A stretch of DNA of 64,000 bases from Promethearchaeati archaeon. Lineage in GTDB: Archaea > Asgardarchaeota > Heimdallarchaeia > Heimdallarchaeales > Heimdallarchaeaceae. The DNA lies in contig JABLTJ010000007.1 of assembly GCA_013166775.1 (NCBI GenBank), forward strand, positions 32,001-96,000, written 5' to 3'. A program made the translations under genes and the position numbers. Shown here piece after piece: positions 1 to 10,608 of the stretch (positions are counted from its first letter, which is position 1; every line of letters begins with the position of its first letter). The notes under the pieces were generated by a model. It was not told the origin of the DNA. It did not search any database and worked only from the letters and a program-made list of their open reading frames with translations.

Positions 1-2
1 TA

Positions 3-251
3 AAAACAGAAACAGGTGAGCAAGTCAAAGCTGTTCTTGTAGCTGAACCAGGAAGCAAAGAACTTACACTTAAAGAAATCAGAGATTACTGTAAGAAAAG
101 CATGGCACCTTATAAAGTTCCTTCATCAATTGAGTATAGAGATGAATTACCTAGATCTACTGTTGGTAAAGTTCTGCGAAAAGATCTCAGAGCTGAAGAT
201 GTTATTACTCCTCCTCCTGAAGTAAAAGAGGAAGTAAAAGCTAAACAGTAA
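3..251 (+). CDS. Long-chain acyl-CoA ligase / AMP-binding enzyme, C-terminal fragment (runs off window start)
   Basis: Manual translation from nt 3: KTETGEQVKAVLV...MAPYKVPSSIEYRDELPRSTVGKVLRKDLR..*; matches the AMP-binding_C motif (LPrsxvGKvlR). Confidence 0.85.
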   Translation, partial: KTETGEQVKAVLVAEPGSKELTLKEIRDYCKKSMAPYKVPSSIEYRDELPRSTVGKVLRKDLRAEDVITPPPEVKEEVKAKQ

Positions 252-255
252 ATTA

Positions 256-954
256 CTAAAAATAGCTCTCTATTCTTTTTTTATCTTCTTTTTCTAACTG
301 CTCTAAATTCTCTAATTGTTTTATTTCTAGTCTTGACCAGAAAATACATTTTTCATGGTGCCAACGATAATTTAAATATTGATCGAAATAATAAGGTTCA
401 CCAATTCTTACTGTCCCCTTTTCAATCTTTAAACCACATGATTTACAAGTCGCTCTACTACTTTTTGCATATTCAATTTTCCATTTATCCTCACGGTCAT
501 ACAGAGTTAATTTTTGAGTTTCATTCCCAATAATATCTTGTATTCTTTCGAAAGGATTCAAACCATCTAGCATTGTGGAGGAAATTTTTAGATGAAAAAT
601 ATCATAATTTGATAACATAAAAGCTAATTGAGCAGGTTTATCTTCCTGTAATTCTTTTTCCACTTTCACTTTAGGTGGAAGAGTATCTCTTGCTAGAATG
701 AATTTTGAACAAGCTTCTGACATTAGTTTACTGATTTCCTTTTTGTTCTTTGTAATGAATTTATTTTTATCAACAATTCCATAAGAGGTTTGAATAACTG
801 TACGATCAATGTCTTCAATATATTCTTTTTCTTTTACAATCACTAGAGAACTGTCAGGGATATCATTATCTATAGTGAATATGTCAAATGTCTTAGGATC
901 AACAAAAAATCCCCATTCATTCTCTGAATCCAAAATTAGTTTCATTTTGTTCAA
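256..954 (-). CDS. Protein with C-terminal PARP-type zinc finger
   Basis: IEYAKSSRATCKSC-x26-HEKC followed by LEKEDKKRI matches the zf-PARP signature; N-terminal ~150 aa unrecognised. Confidence 0.8.
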   Translation of the reverse strand: MNKMKLILDSENEWGFFVDPKTFDIFTIDNDIPDSSLVIVKEKEYIEDIDRTVIQTSYGIVDKNKFITKNKKEISKLMSEACSKFILARDTLPPKVKVEKELQEDKPAQLAFMLSNYDIFHLKISSTMLDGLNPFERIQDIIGNETQKLTLYDREDKWKIEYAKSSRATCKSCGLKIEKGTVRIGEPYYFDQYLNYRWHHEKCIFWSRLEIKQLENLEQLEKEDKKRIESYF

Positions 955-1029
955 CTATAATTGTAAACTTTATACTATATAAAATTTACAAGAGACTATC
1001 TTTTCAAGAAATACAAGGCTTTAGAAAAT

Positions 1030-1506
1030 TTATCCTCCAGGTGTTCCTTTCGAAATCGAGTCACCCCAAATATATTCCCAGATATCTTCTTCAATTAAAG
1101 TTTCTTTTTCTACTATAGTTTTGTGAATCCATCTTAGAAGCTCATGATGCCTAATTTCATCTTCGTAGATTGTCTTAATGATTATTCTTTCTTTCTCATC
1201 TAGGGGTTTTTCAAGTAGTTCTTTGTATGTCTGAATTGCTTTAGCTTCTAATTCAAGATGTTTTTGCAGATTTTCTGCCAGTTCTTTTGTTATAGTTTCT
1301 TCAATTCCAGGAGTAGGACCTGTCAATCGAGCAATTAAAGCATTTAGCATATTTTCATGTTTTTCTGAATCATTGATAACAGCTAAAATCATTTCTCGTA
1401 CTAATACGTTCTTTATACCTTTTACTGAATTGTAAGCAGTTTCAACGATCTGTTTTTCAACAGCTATTTGTTCTTTAAAGAATTCCAATTTTTCTTCTTT
1501 ACTCAT
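1030..1506 (-). CDS. Ferritin-like / rubrerythrin-family four-helix protein
   Basis: Two E...(D/E)xxH-type motifs (DSEKHE, EDEIRHH) with di-iron spacing. Confidence 0.75.
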   Translation of the reverse strand: MSKEEKLEFFKEQIAVEKQIVETAYNSVKGIKNVLVREMILAVINDSEKHENMLNALIARLTGPTPGIEETITKELAENLQKHLELEAKAIQTYKELLEKPLDEKERIIIKTIYEDEIRHHELLRWIHKTIVEKETLIEEDIWEYIWGDSISKGTPGG

Positions 1507-1586
1507 TGAAGATGCACCTTTAGCGATATTTGCATAAAAATATCATATATAAAGATTTACAGCTTACTGAAAGAATGAAAGATTAA

Positions 1587-1980
1587 ATGAAGCAAATGAA
1601 AATGTTACGAGGGAAAAATATAGAAAAATCTTTTGAATGGTTGTTATGGAGTTCTTACTGTAGTAGCTCTCATTATATCTACATTTACATTCAATCCTCT
1701 GGTAATTCTAATAGTTGCAATAGTAGTTATAGTAGGAGATATCTTGCTGTTATTCGCTATTGGATACAATTTATTAAAAAATTCATCGATAATCCAAGTA
1801 AGAATCAAGGAAATTCCAACTCCTTCCAAAGTATATACTCTTGATCAAATAAGAGCTCAAGTACAAGTATATGCAGCAGATGATAAGGTTCAAGAAGAAG
1901 GACAAAGATTCTGTTCGAACTGCGGAGCTTAAATTGAACTTATAGATAAAAAATGTGGAAATTGAGGAATAAGTTTTTAA
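1587..1980 (+). pseudogene. Decayed membrane protein with C-terminal double zinc ribbon
   Basis: Two TM helices, then FCSNCGA*IELIDKKCGN*GISF*: TAA at 1930 and TGA at 1963 interrupt a CxxC-x10-CxxC ribbon; 5' end also disrupted. Confidence 0.6.
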
Positions 1981-2054
1981 TTTTTTTGTGATTTTTTTTC
2001 TTTTTTACTATATATATGGAAAATGAAAAAATAAAAATACAAGTTTTATCCAAT

Positions 2055-2354
2055 TTAGTACTTTTTTCTACGTTCCTTAATCTTTCTGACAATAAAAGCA
2101 ATTAGAAAAATACCTACTACTGTTGCAACTACCGAACCAAGCGCACATAGAAGTCCAATGATTACTCCCCATCCTAGACCATAAATTGAATACTTATTTA
2201 TCCAGATGTATGTTCTTGAAATAATTATTAGCAAATACGAAACAAATAAAATTGAGCTAATTAAATAACCTGCTACTATTGAACTCCCTAGAAAGACTCC
2301 AACTGTATATCCCCAAGGACTTATTTTTTCAGTAGTCTCAGTTTCTTTTTCCAT
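2055..2354 (-). CDS. Small two-TM membrane protein
   Basis: Two hydrophobic stretches and a basic C-terminus; ATG start. Confidence 0.6.
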   Translation of the reverse strand: MEKETETTEKISPWGYTVGVFLGSSIVAGYLISSILFVSYLLIIISRTYIWINKYSIYGLGWGVIIGLLCALGSVVATVVGIFLIAFIVRKIKERRKKY

Positions 2355-2446
2355 ATAGGGGAGTTTTCATATATTAATTTAAAAGTTTTGCATGAATTTC
2401 ATCATTAAGTTTATATTTTTCCTTGAGAATATTATGATGTATAAAC

Positions 2447-3187
2447 GTGATTGTAATGTCAAAAAGGAATGAGGATGCTTTTGGACATCTGATTCATGAT
2501 CATTATAATGGCATAGAGGTTCTAGAAATTATTGAAAGAGATGATGGTTACATTGATAGTTTTCCTGGTACTAAAGCTTATTTCTCTGAATTTGAAAAAT
2601 GGAAAGACAGTGAAAAAGAAGCTATGTATTATGTCCAAGGGAAGGTCCTAGATATAGGGTGTGGTGCAGGGAGACATAGCTTGTATTTACAAACCAGAGA
2701 TTTTGATGTTGTCGCAATAGATAGTTCACCTTTAGCTATAGAGGTCAGTAAATTACGAGGAGTCAAGAAAGCAGAAGTTAAATCTCTTCATGAAATTGAT
2801 TCTACCTTTGGAGTGTTTGATACTATATTAATGCTAGGAAACAATTTTGCACTAATGGGAAATCCAAAAAATGCAAGTAGACTTCTTAAAATATTTCACA
2901 AGATTACATCAGAAAATGGATTCATCATAGCAGAATGTGCTGATCCATATTCAACTGACAATAAAGATCATACTGATTACCATGAAAAAAATAGGAAAAG
3001 AGGAAGGTTGGGAGGACAATTATCTATAAGAGTAAGACATAGGAAATTTATTTCTAACTGGTTTGATTTTCTACTGCTCTCTAAAGAAGAGGTGCAAGAA
3101 ATAATGAAAGATACAGGATGGAAAATTGAACAATTTATTGAAGGAGATGGTTCGGGTAAATATATTGCGATAATGAAGAAAAAGTAG
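2447..3187 (+). CDS. Class I SAM-dependent methyltransferase
   Basis: VLDIGCGAGRHS motif I, VVAIDSS motif II. Confidence 0.9.
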   Translation: MIVMSKRNEDAFGHLIHDHYNGIEVLEIIERDDGYIDSFPGTKAYFSEFEKWKDSEKEAMYYVQGKVLDIGCGAGRHSLYLQTRDFDVVAIDSSPLAIEVSKLRGVKKAEVKSLHEIDSTFGVFDTILMLGNNFALMGNPKNASRLLKIFHKITSENGFIIAECADPYSTDNKDHTDYHEKNRKRGRLGGQLSIRVRHRKFISNWFDFLLLSKEEVQEIMKDTGWKIEQFIEGDGSGKYIAIMKKK

Positions 3188-3193
3188 ATAGAA

Positions 3194-6010
3194 CTAGTCT
3201 ATCTCGATGATTTTTATCTCAAATGGATCAAAATCCATTTCTACTGTGTTATTATTAACTGCACATTTCTTAACTTCTGTTCCGTCTATTTTTCTTTGAA
3301 TGCAATCGTTTATTTGCTTCTCTAATTTTGCGTTTAATTGCTGGTAATTCTCATCTAAATTAAACAGAGTTAACCAGATTTTATTCTCTTTAATTCTTAG
3401 AGAGGAAATCTTAATCCAAGGATTATCGATTTTTATTATTGATTTTATTATATCTGTTGTAACTTGGTTGTCATTGAAGACAATACTTCTTGATTCTAAA
3501 GAACAGATTTCTGCTTGATTAAAGCTATGATGATATGGAGTTGTTTTCTTGTGCACCATGATGCTATAATCAAAGGAATAGTCAGTGTTAATCTCTTGAG
3601 CACCTGGCGTTTCTAAGAATGGTCCTGCATGCATAGGACGTTCTGGAAAATCTGCTCTTGAAAGATAACCTACCGATCGGAGTAGAGTCAGTGCCAATCT
3701 GGAATTATTAACTAATTCTACTTCAGGTAAACCTTTATTCATTAAGGTGATAGCACCATCTCGAACTGGATCCTCTATTATAATGAAATTTTTCTGTGCT
3801 TGAATTCCAGAAGGAGTTTCTTCATAAGATTCATCACCAACAGGATCACTATTCCTTCTTGTAAAACCAAAATGTGTAGAAGTAATTGTTTCTTCAGATT
3901 TAAATGGTAAATCAAAACAAATGCGAAAACGATGATCTTTTGTCCTGTTTGTGAGTTTTGTCTTAATATCAATTCGCGGAACATCTCTATAAAATCTAAA
4001 AGTTGAAGTGATAGGAATAAACGTTTTGCCAATTCTTTTATCTCTCTTTTCGTTAATCTGCTCATATAACTGTAATTTCAGTGTCTGTTCGATTTCACAA
4101 AAAACAGGTCCTTGTATTGTTAGTCTTCTTTTAATTTGTGAAACTTTAACTGATTCAGGTCCCAATCTGCCAAATGTATATTCATCTCCTCTATCCCCCC
4201 AATCCTCAAATTTATGCATTTCTTTGAATTCTAAGACATTTTTCTTGTCTACTAAATCAAATGTCCCATCTTTATTAAAGGAAATCGTGTAAAAATCGTT
4301 TTCAACCATGTTCTTAGTGTATTCAAATAATTGAGATACCTCATCTAGGACTGTTTCCTCTTTTAGTTTAAATTCAGAAAACGCAAAAGAGTTTAGAGGA
4401 GCTAGAGCTGCATAATTCTGCATGTTTCCCTTTGTTGCTTTAACATGGTATTTTTTGTATTTTTTAAGGTCAAGAAGTTCTCTCCCTTGTTTCTTTAATT
4501 CATCTACACTAAAATCTCCTATAGGTTCAGAGCCACAGATAATCCTAATCTCACATACATCAGAGTTTGCACTCTCTGTTATGAAAACTTCGTTAATGAA
4601 ATTATCTCCTGGTATTTTTCTTCCTGGAAGAAGTTTAAATCCTGCTTTCAACATGATTGGATTGAAGGTTTCTTCGAAGATAATCTCTTCTGATGAACTT
4701 ATAGGTTGAATTTGGTACGATATCTTATTTTCAGCTTCAATTGAGTTAATCTTAGTTTGAATAGGAACAGAAAATTCAAAATATATTGGAATATCAGAGC
4801 AGTTAGTTGGATTGTAAACTAGTAAATGAGAATTATTGCTTTTTTCCTTCCTCTTATTATGTTCTGCTAAAGCGTTGTTTATTACTAATTCTGCAATACT
4901 CTCTGCCCAATAAAATCTGGTTTTCATCTCTTCATGAGTTTGATCAACAGAACAACCACAAATTGAATCATGGGGGTGATTTTTCAGCAACCATTTCCAC
5001 GCAATATTAATATAAGAATGAGGATATGAACTCCCAAAAGACAATTTTGAATAAACATTGAGAGGTTCAGCATAATAAACCAACATATCCTCGATTTTTT
5101 GGTTCCATTGTTTAATCCACATTCTTGCAGAATAAGTATCTTGTAACAAATGAGCTCTTGCTGAAGAGCGAAACTCTCCTGAATACTCAGGAGGAGTAAA
5201 ATTATTTTTCTTCATTTGAGTTCTAAGTTCACTCACAAAATCATCTAAAAGACACAAACTGATTTTAGTTTCTTCATCCTCTAATTCCTTAAGTAAATGA
5301 TAAAGCTTAGGAGTTGCAAATTGGTGATCAGTTCCGTTCATAAGTAGATAAATTGGAAATGGAGAATAAGACTCAAGATTAACAATACATTCTCTCACTT
5401 GCTCTTTGAGAGTATCAGAATCATCAATCAAATTTGAAGCATTTCCATAACCATAAGGCATGTATATTCCATTAATAAACTTCTTAGCTGATGAATGACT
5501 TTTCCATATAAACGGAACGGTAGAAATCTCATGACCCACTCCTCTCCAAATAACTGCTGTAGAGATATCAGTTAAATCTCCAAGTATCTGAGGTATTGCT
5601 CTTGAGTGACCAAATTGATCAGGGAGATAACCAATATTCATTAAAGGAATTTCAAACTCTTTAGCTAAATCAAGACTTATTTCAAGGTTCCTTACCAAAC
5701 TTTCTTGTCCAACTAACCATTCATCAGGAAGCAAATACCATGGACCAACTGCCAAGTTTCCTTTTTGGATAAGCTTTACTAAATCTTTTCTTCTTTCAGG
5801 TCGAATTTCAAGATAATCTTCCAAGATAATTGTTTGACCATCAAGCATGAAATAATATTCTTGCCTGGACAAAATATCTAAAAGATCATCAATTAACTCT
5901 ACAAGCTGGTAGCGAAAATACTGGAAAGGTAAATACCATTCCCGATCCCAGTGAGTGTGAGGAACTACAAAGATTTTTTTGATTTCTTCTTGAGATATTC
6001 TCTTAGTCAA
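3194..6010 (-). CDS. Glycoside hydrolase family 38 alpha-mannosidase
   Basis: HTHWDREWY, YLPDQFGH (catalytic Asp), NGTDH and HDSICGCS motifs. Confidence 0.93.
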   Translation of the reverse strand: MTKRISQEEIKKIFVVPHTHWDREWYLPFQYFRYQLVELIDDLLDILSRQEYYFMLDGQTIILEDYLEIRPERRKDLVKLIQKGNLAVGPWYLLPDEWLVGQESLVRNLEISLDLAKEFEIPLMNIGYLPDQFGHSRAIPQILGDLTDISTAVIWRGVGHEISTVPFIWKSHSSAKKFINGIYMPYGYGNASNLIDDSDTLKEQVRECIVNLESYSPFPIYLLMNGTDHQFATPKLYHLLKELEDEETKISLCLLDDFVSELRTQMKKNNFTPPEYSGEFRSSARAHLLQDTYSARMWIKQWNQKIEDMLVYYAEPLNVYSKLSFGSSYPHSYINIAWKWLLKNHPHDSICGCSVDQTHEEMKTRFYWAESIAELVINNALAEHNKRKEKSNNSHLLVYNPTNCSDIPIYFEFSVPIQTKINSIEAENKISYQIQPISSSEEIIFEETFNPIMLKAGFKLLPGRKIPGDNFINEVFITESANSDVCEIRIICGSEPIGDFSVDELKKQGRELLDLKKYKKYHVKATKGNMQNYAALAPLNSFAFSEFKLKEETVLDEVSQLFEYTKNMVENDFYTISFNKDGTFDLVDKKNVLEFKEMHKFEDWGDRGDEYTFGRLGPESVKVSQIKRRLTIQGPVFCEIEQTLKLQLYEQINEKRDKRIGKTFIPITSTFRFYRDVPRIDIKTKLTNRTKDHRFRICFDLPFKSEETITSTHFGFTRRNSDPVGDESYEETPSGIQAQKNFIIIEDPVRDGAITLMNKGLPEVELVNNSRLALTLLRSVGYLSRADFPERPMHAGPFLETPGAQEINTDYSFDYSIMVHKKTTPYHHSFNQAEICSLESRSIVFNDNQVTTDIIKSIIKIDNPWIKISSLRIKENKIWLTLFNLDENYQQLNAKLEKQINDCIQRKIDGTEVKKCAVNNNTVEMDFDPFEIKIIEID

Positions 6011-6085
6011 TTAAAGACACCTACAAATAGCAAAAATCTTCTATTGATTAACTTTTTGTAATAAATTAAAACTAAAAGGAAAGTA

Positions 6086-6763
6086 CTATCCTTCGATCAA
6101 TTCCTTCGCAGCTGCGATTAGTTTCTTAGCAGAAGCTTCACCTATACCTTTTATCTTTGCTAGATCTTTTGGTTTTGCAAAAGCTAGTTCAGAAGCAGAT
6201 TTAAACCCAGCTTCTTTAAGTGATGAGGCTTTTTGACCTACTCCTTTGATTTTTTCTACTGGTATCGTGAGAATTTCTTTCTTCTGTTCTTCTTTTGAAG
6301 GTACTTTCTTGATTACTGAATGCTTTATGATTCCATTGAGTTTTGTAAGACTGTCTGTCCTAATTTCTCTCCCGTTTTTCGACAGTTTTTGAATTGTCTT
6401 AAGAATCTCTTCGCTTCTTTCTATCATTTGAGTAAAATCATTTAATTCCTTCTTAGAAGCATCAAAGAGAATTCCTAAACCACTAATTGATTCTAAAAAT
6501 GAAATAGTTGAATCTACTACAAGCAATGGATTTTCTAAATCCATGCTTTTCCTAAAAGCAAATTTCGAGAGCATTAAACTTTTATCAAAATTACCTGTTC
6601 GATTCATGATTTGACTAGTTATTAGCATACAAGCGAGTTTCTCTGTTTCATTTAATTCTACTCCTTTTTCAAGCAGATTTATCTCATGAAGAGCTTGCTC
6701 ATACTCACTCTTTTCCATTAAATCTTCTACTTGTCGTAAACCTTCTAGATATATTCCAAACAT
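6086..6763 (-). CDS. TPR-like N-terminus fused to a C-terminal helix-hairpin-helix domain
   Basis: IKGVGQK...LKEAGF...LAKIKGIGEASAKKLI is a double HhH; helical TPR-like N-terminus. Confidence 0.7.
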   Translation of the reverse strand: MFGIYLEGLRQVEDLMEKSEYEQALHEINLLEKGVELNETEKLACMLITSQIMNRTGNFDKSLMLSKFAFRKSMDLENPLLVVDSTISFLESISGLGILFDASKKELNDFTQMIERSEEILKTIQKLSKNGREIRTDSLTKLNGIIKHSVIKKVPSKEEQKKEILTIPVEKIKGVGQKASSLKEAGFKSASELAFAKPKDLAKIKGIGEASAKKLIAAAKELIEG

Positions 6764-6902
6764 TGGAAAACCTCACAATTATCCTCATATGAAGGATTTC
6801 AATGTCCTCTATCTTATTTGTAAATAATAAAGTTTGTTAAACTGTTAACTGATAAAGATGAATTCTGAATGATTTTTCTCATTTGTACCCATTTATGAAA
6901 AC

Positions 6903-9266
6903 TCACTCAATATAAAGCTCATCTCTAGTTGGTTCAGGAGGTTTCCTTGGCCACCAGTTCCATTTATCTGCAACTGACATAATAGCTGGAACTAATATGG
7001 TTCGAATTACAAAAGTATCAAGTAAGACAGCAATAGTTAGTATGAATCCAAATTCGTTTAGTATCATCACATTGCTGAATATCATACCTGAGAATGATAT
7101 AGCCATGATGATTCCTGCCATGCTGATTATTCCACCTGTTTTGTAAAGTCCTTTTATAACAGATGCTCTTTCAGTATAACCTTTATTTCGAAATTCGCTA
7201 ACTCGAGAGAGTAGGAATATATCATAATCTAGCCCAAGTCCAATTAGTATACTAAAACTCATTGGTATAGTTGCCCAATATAATGAATCTATATCTCTTA
7301 GAGCAGGGAATAACCAATCAAGAATTCCAACATCGAAGATTAAAGCTGATAATCCATATATCCATGATATAGTAAGACCAATAGTTAGTATCAATCTAAA
7401 TGGGATAAGTATTGATCTGAACATGATAGCGATAACAATGTACACAATTGCTACGATGATTGCACAAGTTATGGGTAATAGGCTGTACACTCTTTCTACG
7501 GCATCTACTACTTCTGTACTCCCACCAGCAAGATGGATATTATATGAACTATTTGTTTGGAAATCATTTAGAATTTCTCTAGTATCTTTAATCCAATCTT
7601 CTACATAACTACCAAAGGGATCAAAGTTAGGTTGAATATCTATAAGCACTGTAGAATTATCTTCGTTAGTATATCTTTCAAACATCATTCTATATAATAG
7701 TCCTTCAGTAGAGTTGTAAGAAACAGATAAAGGATTTAAGTAATTTAATGCAATAAAGAAAGGAATCACGAATCCTTGTCCCCAAGAGATCGTAATGAAT
7801 GAATTATTCGTTATTTCCGTTTGTTCTGATATATTGATTATGATATTCCTACTGAATGCAAAAAACTCTGGAGAAATAACTTCATTAGTAGTTTCAGTCT
7901 CAATTATGAGATACATTGGTCCAAGAATTCCTGGTTGAAAATCCTCTTTGAGTATGGCAAAAGCATTTGAAGAATCTGCATTTCTTGGCATAATATGATT
8001 CTCACCTATGGTTGTTCCAATTTTCATTGTCTGAATGGAAATTGGTATTGCAAAAGCGAAAATAATTATAATAATTGGTAAAGCATATCTGGTTGTGAAT
8101 TTACCGAGTTTGAACCAGATACTTTTCATCTGATTCTGCAATTCTATAAGCTTTCTTGGTTGTTCTTTCTCAGGAAGCTTTTTTTTCTTTCTTTCAAGGA
8201 GTGAGAAATTTGAAAAGAATTTACCAAATAGAATCAACAGAGATGGAACGAGAGTAAGATTAACAAGTAAGGTAACTGCGATACATACAACTGCTCCAAG
8301 CCCGATTGAAGCAAGAAGTCCAACAGGAAAGAAAACTAAACCTAAGAATGTTATAGCAAGTGTAATTCCACTTACAGATATTGTGTGACCTGCATGTTCT
8401 AACATTTCTTGAACAGAATCGTCATTAGCTCTTTCCTTTAGTAATTCTTCACGATATCTTGATAGGAGAAATAGAGAATAATCTATCGATAATGCTATAA
8501 CAAGTGACATAATAACAGATGGTACAAAACTGAAAACAGGCATTACTCGAGCTAACGGATACATAAGAAAGAAAGACGTAGCAATTGAAAATCCAACACT
8601 GATAATTGGGAGGATCATCAGCCTAAAACTTCTTAGAACTAAAGCTAAAATAATCAGTGCTATTGGTAAAACTATAGAATCCATCATTATAATGTCTCTT
8701 TCAGCTGATTTTTGCATATCTTCAAAAAGAATCTCTGCACCAGTAAGCAAGATTGTAAAACCTTCAGGTTCAATACTTATTACAAGTTCTTTTAGATACT
8801 CGATAAAATTACTTGTTTCATCTTCTGACCACTGTACAAGACTTATTTCAAGTATAGTTGTATTAGTTGAATCAGATACATACCCAAAAGCTGCTTCAGG
8901 GAGACCGATCTCCATCATGAAGAAATAACCATTTATGTCTGTAACTAAATCACTAAATGATGATGATAAAAGCGAATTCCTTAATGCATAACTGAAATCT
9001 CTCGTTTCATTACACAAAGATGTTCCATTTACATTATAGATGACTACTACAATAGTTGTTTCAGTATCAATATCTGGGAATTCTTCCCTTAGTACTTCAT
9101 TTGCAATGTGTGATGGAGTATCATCAGGAACATTAAAATCAGAACTTGTTTCACCTAAAAATTTTGGTGCAAGCCAAATTGAGAAACCAAGAACAATTAA
9201 CCATAAAACAATTATTAATATTTTGATTTTTTTTATAAAATTGACGTATTTTTCTACTAATCTCAT
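6903..9266 (-). CDS. MMPL/RND family transporter
   Basis: Two-fold internal repeat; IALSIDYSLFLLSRYREE and GLGLDYDIFLLSRVSE motifs; ~12 TM. Confidence 0.92.
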   Translation of the reverse strand: MRLVEKYVNFIKKIKILIIVLWLIVLGFSIWLAPKFLGETSSDFNVPDDTPSHIANEVLREEFPDIDTETTIVVVIYNVNGTSLCNETRDFSYALRNSLLSSSFSDLVTDINGYFFMMEIGLPEAAFGYVSDSTNTTILEISLVQWSEDETSNFIEYLKELVISIEPEGFTILLTGAEILFEDMQKSAERDIIMMDSIVLPIALIILALVLRSFRLMILPIISVGFSIATSFFLMYPLARVMPVFSFVPSVIMSLVIALSIDYSLFLLSRYREELLKERANDDSVQEMLEHAGHTISVSGITLAITFLGLVFFPVGLLASIGLGAVVCIAVTLLVNLTLVPSLLILFGKFFSNFSLLERKKKKLPEKEQPRKLIELQNQMKSIWFKLGKFTTRYALPIIIIIFAFAIPISIQTMKIGTTIGENHIMPRNADSSNAFAILKEDFQPGILGPMYLIIETETTNEVISPEFFAFSRNIIINISEQTEITNNSFITISWGQGFVIPFFIALNYLNPLSVSYNSTEGLLYRMMFERYTNEDNSTVLIDIQPNFDPFGSYVEDWIKDTREILNDFQTNSSYNIHLAGGSTEVVDAVERVYSLLPITCAIIVAIVYIVIAIMFRSILIPFRLILTIGLTISWIYGLSALIFDVGILDWLFPALRDIDSLYWATIPMSFSILIGLGLDYDIFLLSRVSEFRNKGYTERASVIKGLYKTGGIISMAGIIMAISFSGMIFSNVMILNEFGFILTIAVLLDTFVIRTILVPAIMSVADKWNWWPRKPPEPTRDELYIE

Positions 9267-9480
9267 GTGAAACCCAGCTAAACACCAGTTAATGAAAAAA
9301 TGCTCTATATCTGCCTTTAAGCATTCGTGTCGCTGTAAAGTTCATTAAATAAACGTTTGATTAAACTATCCGTTTTGGGGAAATATTTAAAAATCAACAC
9401 ACTTGAGGTGGAAGAATTTTCCGGTCTTTTACAAGCTTCATAGAGATTTTGTGTAGAAGTCACCTTTTCTATTAGGAAAA

Positions 9481-10419
9481 TTAAATTTTCTTGAACATAA
9501 TTAATTTTTCAGACGATTTGTCTCTTTCAAAATTTAAGTATTCCAAATTTTCTAATCGATTTGCTCTGTGCAAAGGAAGTCTGATATTTAGTTCTGTAAT
9601 TTCACTACTTTTAATCAAGTATTTTTTAATCGAATACCCTAGGTCTTGAATAAAATCTATATTCCATGTTTCCAGTTTAGAAAAGACTGATACTCGTTTC
9701 ACTTTTTTGTTATCTCTTTCAAATAAATAGCCTACAATAGAATCATTGTGTAAAATTTGAAAAATTCTATTTGCACCCATATCTAGATTTTTCTTGATTT
9801 GAGGATGGTAACCTATTACTCTATTTCTTTTCATATACTCCACTCCTGAACTTCCTGAGATTTCATTAATCTCTTGGAGTAAAATAGTTTCAAAAGATTT
9901 TCTTATACTTTTGTTATAGACTGTTATTCTTTCAAATTTAAGATTATAAGTTTCCTTTTTTTTAATATTATCCACTGCAATTTTAATAAAGGTGTGTCCT
10001 TCTCCCAATGCTTGATAGTTGTATTTTTTGTAGAGCTCAATTGCAGGATCATTATTCCATAAAACTGCTAAAGCTATGAATTTCTTCTTAAGTTTTTTTG
10101 CTCTTTCTTCTGTGAAATTCATCATATATTTCCCTAAACCTTTTTTTCTGAAATTAGGTTCTACTGCAATAGCATAGATGAATACTTCTGATGCCCTATT
10201 TGTTCTAATAGATAATACGCCTGCTTTTTTTCCATCCATATAACAGAGATAATTTTCAGCATTCCTTCTGATCATTCTGAAGAGAAAGAATCTCTCAATT
10301 CGAGATGCATTTCGGAGTTCAGGATCATTTCTGAAAGCTCTTTGGAAGGATCTTTTAAAGCTTATCCAAGAATATCTACCTACAATTTTAAGTACTAACT
10401 TCACAGAAATCTCATTCAT
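9481..10419 (-). CDS. GNAT family N-acetyltransferase
   Basis: IAVEPNFRKKGLGK acetyl-CoA motif, NDPAIELYKKYNY. Confidence 0.85.
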   Translation of the reverse strand: MNEISVKLVLKIVGRYSWISFKRSFQRAFRNDPELRNASRIERFFLFRMIRRNAENYLCYMDGKKAGVLSIRTNRASEVFIYAIAVEPNFRKKGLGKYMMNFTEERAKKLKKKFIALAVLWNNDPAIELYKKYNYQALGEGHTFIKIAVDNIKKKETYNLKFERITVYNKSIRKSFETILLQEINEISGSSGVEYMKRNRVIGYHPQIKKNLDMGANRIFQILHNDSIVGYLFERDNKKVKRVSVFSKLETWNIDFIQDLGYSIKKYLIKSSEITELNIRLPLHRANRLENLEYLNFERDKSSEKLIMFKKI

Positions 10420-10608
10420 TAGCTTTTCATTTTGAATTCTTTTTTACATGTTATAAAAGAGTTTGTTTGTAAATTTCTTAACACAAAGCAATTGGCCATA
10501 TTTTAAGTCTCATATAATCTATTTCTTTCAACATTTCAAATCATTTATAAGTAGTACGATGATTCCTAAGCAAAGGAAAGTGAAAAAGAATTTTAGAGTG
10601 ATTATCTA

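Noticed and set aside
1930-1965. Selenocysteine at the TGA replacing a ribbon Cys
   Set aside because: An upstream in-frame TAA and a broken 5' end point to a pseudogene
3778-5010. Short ORFs overlapping the GH38 gene, and similar shadow ORFs across the window (e.g. 7423, 8692, 11312, 39725, 50128, 52266, 55995, 61244)
   Set aside because: Antisense or alternate-frame shadows of long, well-supported genes, with no motifs
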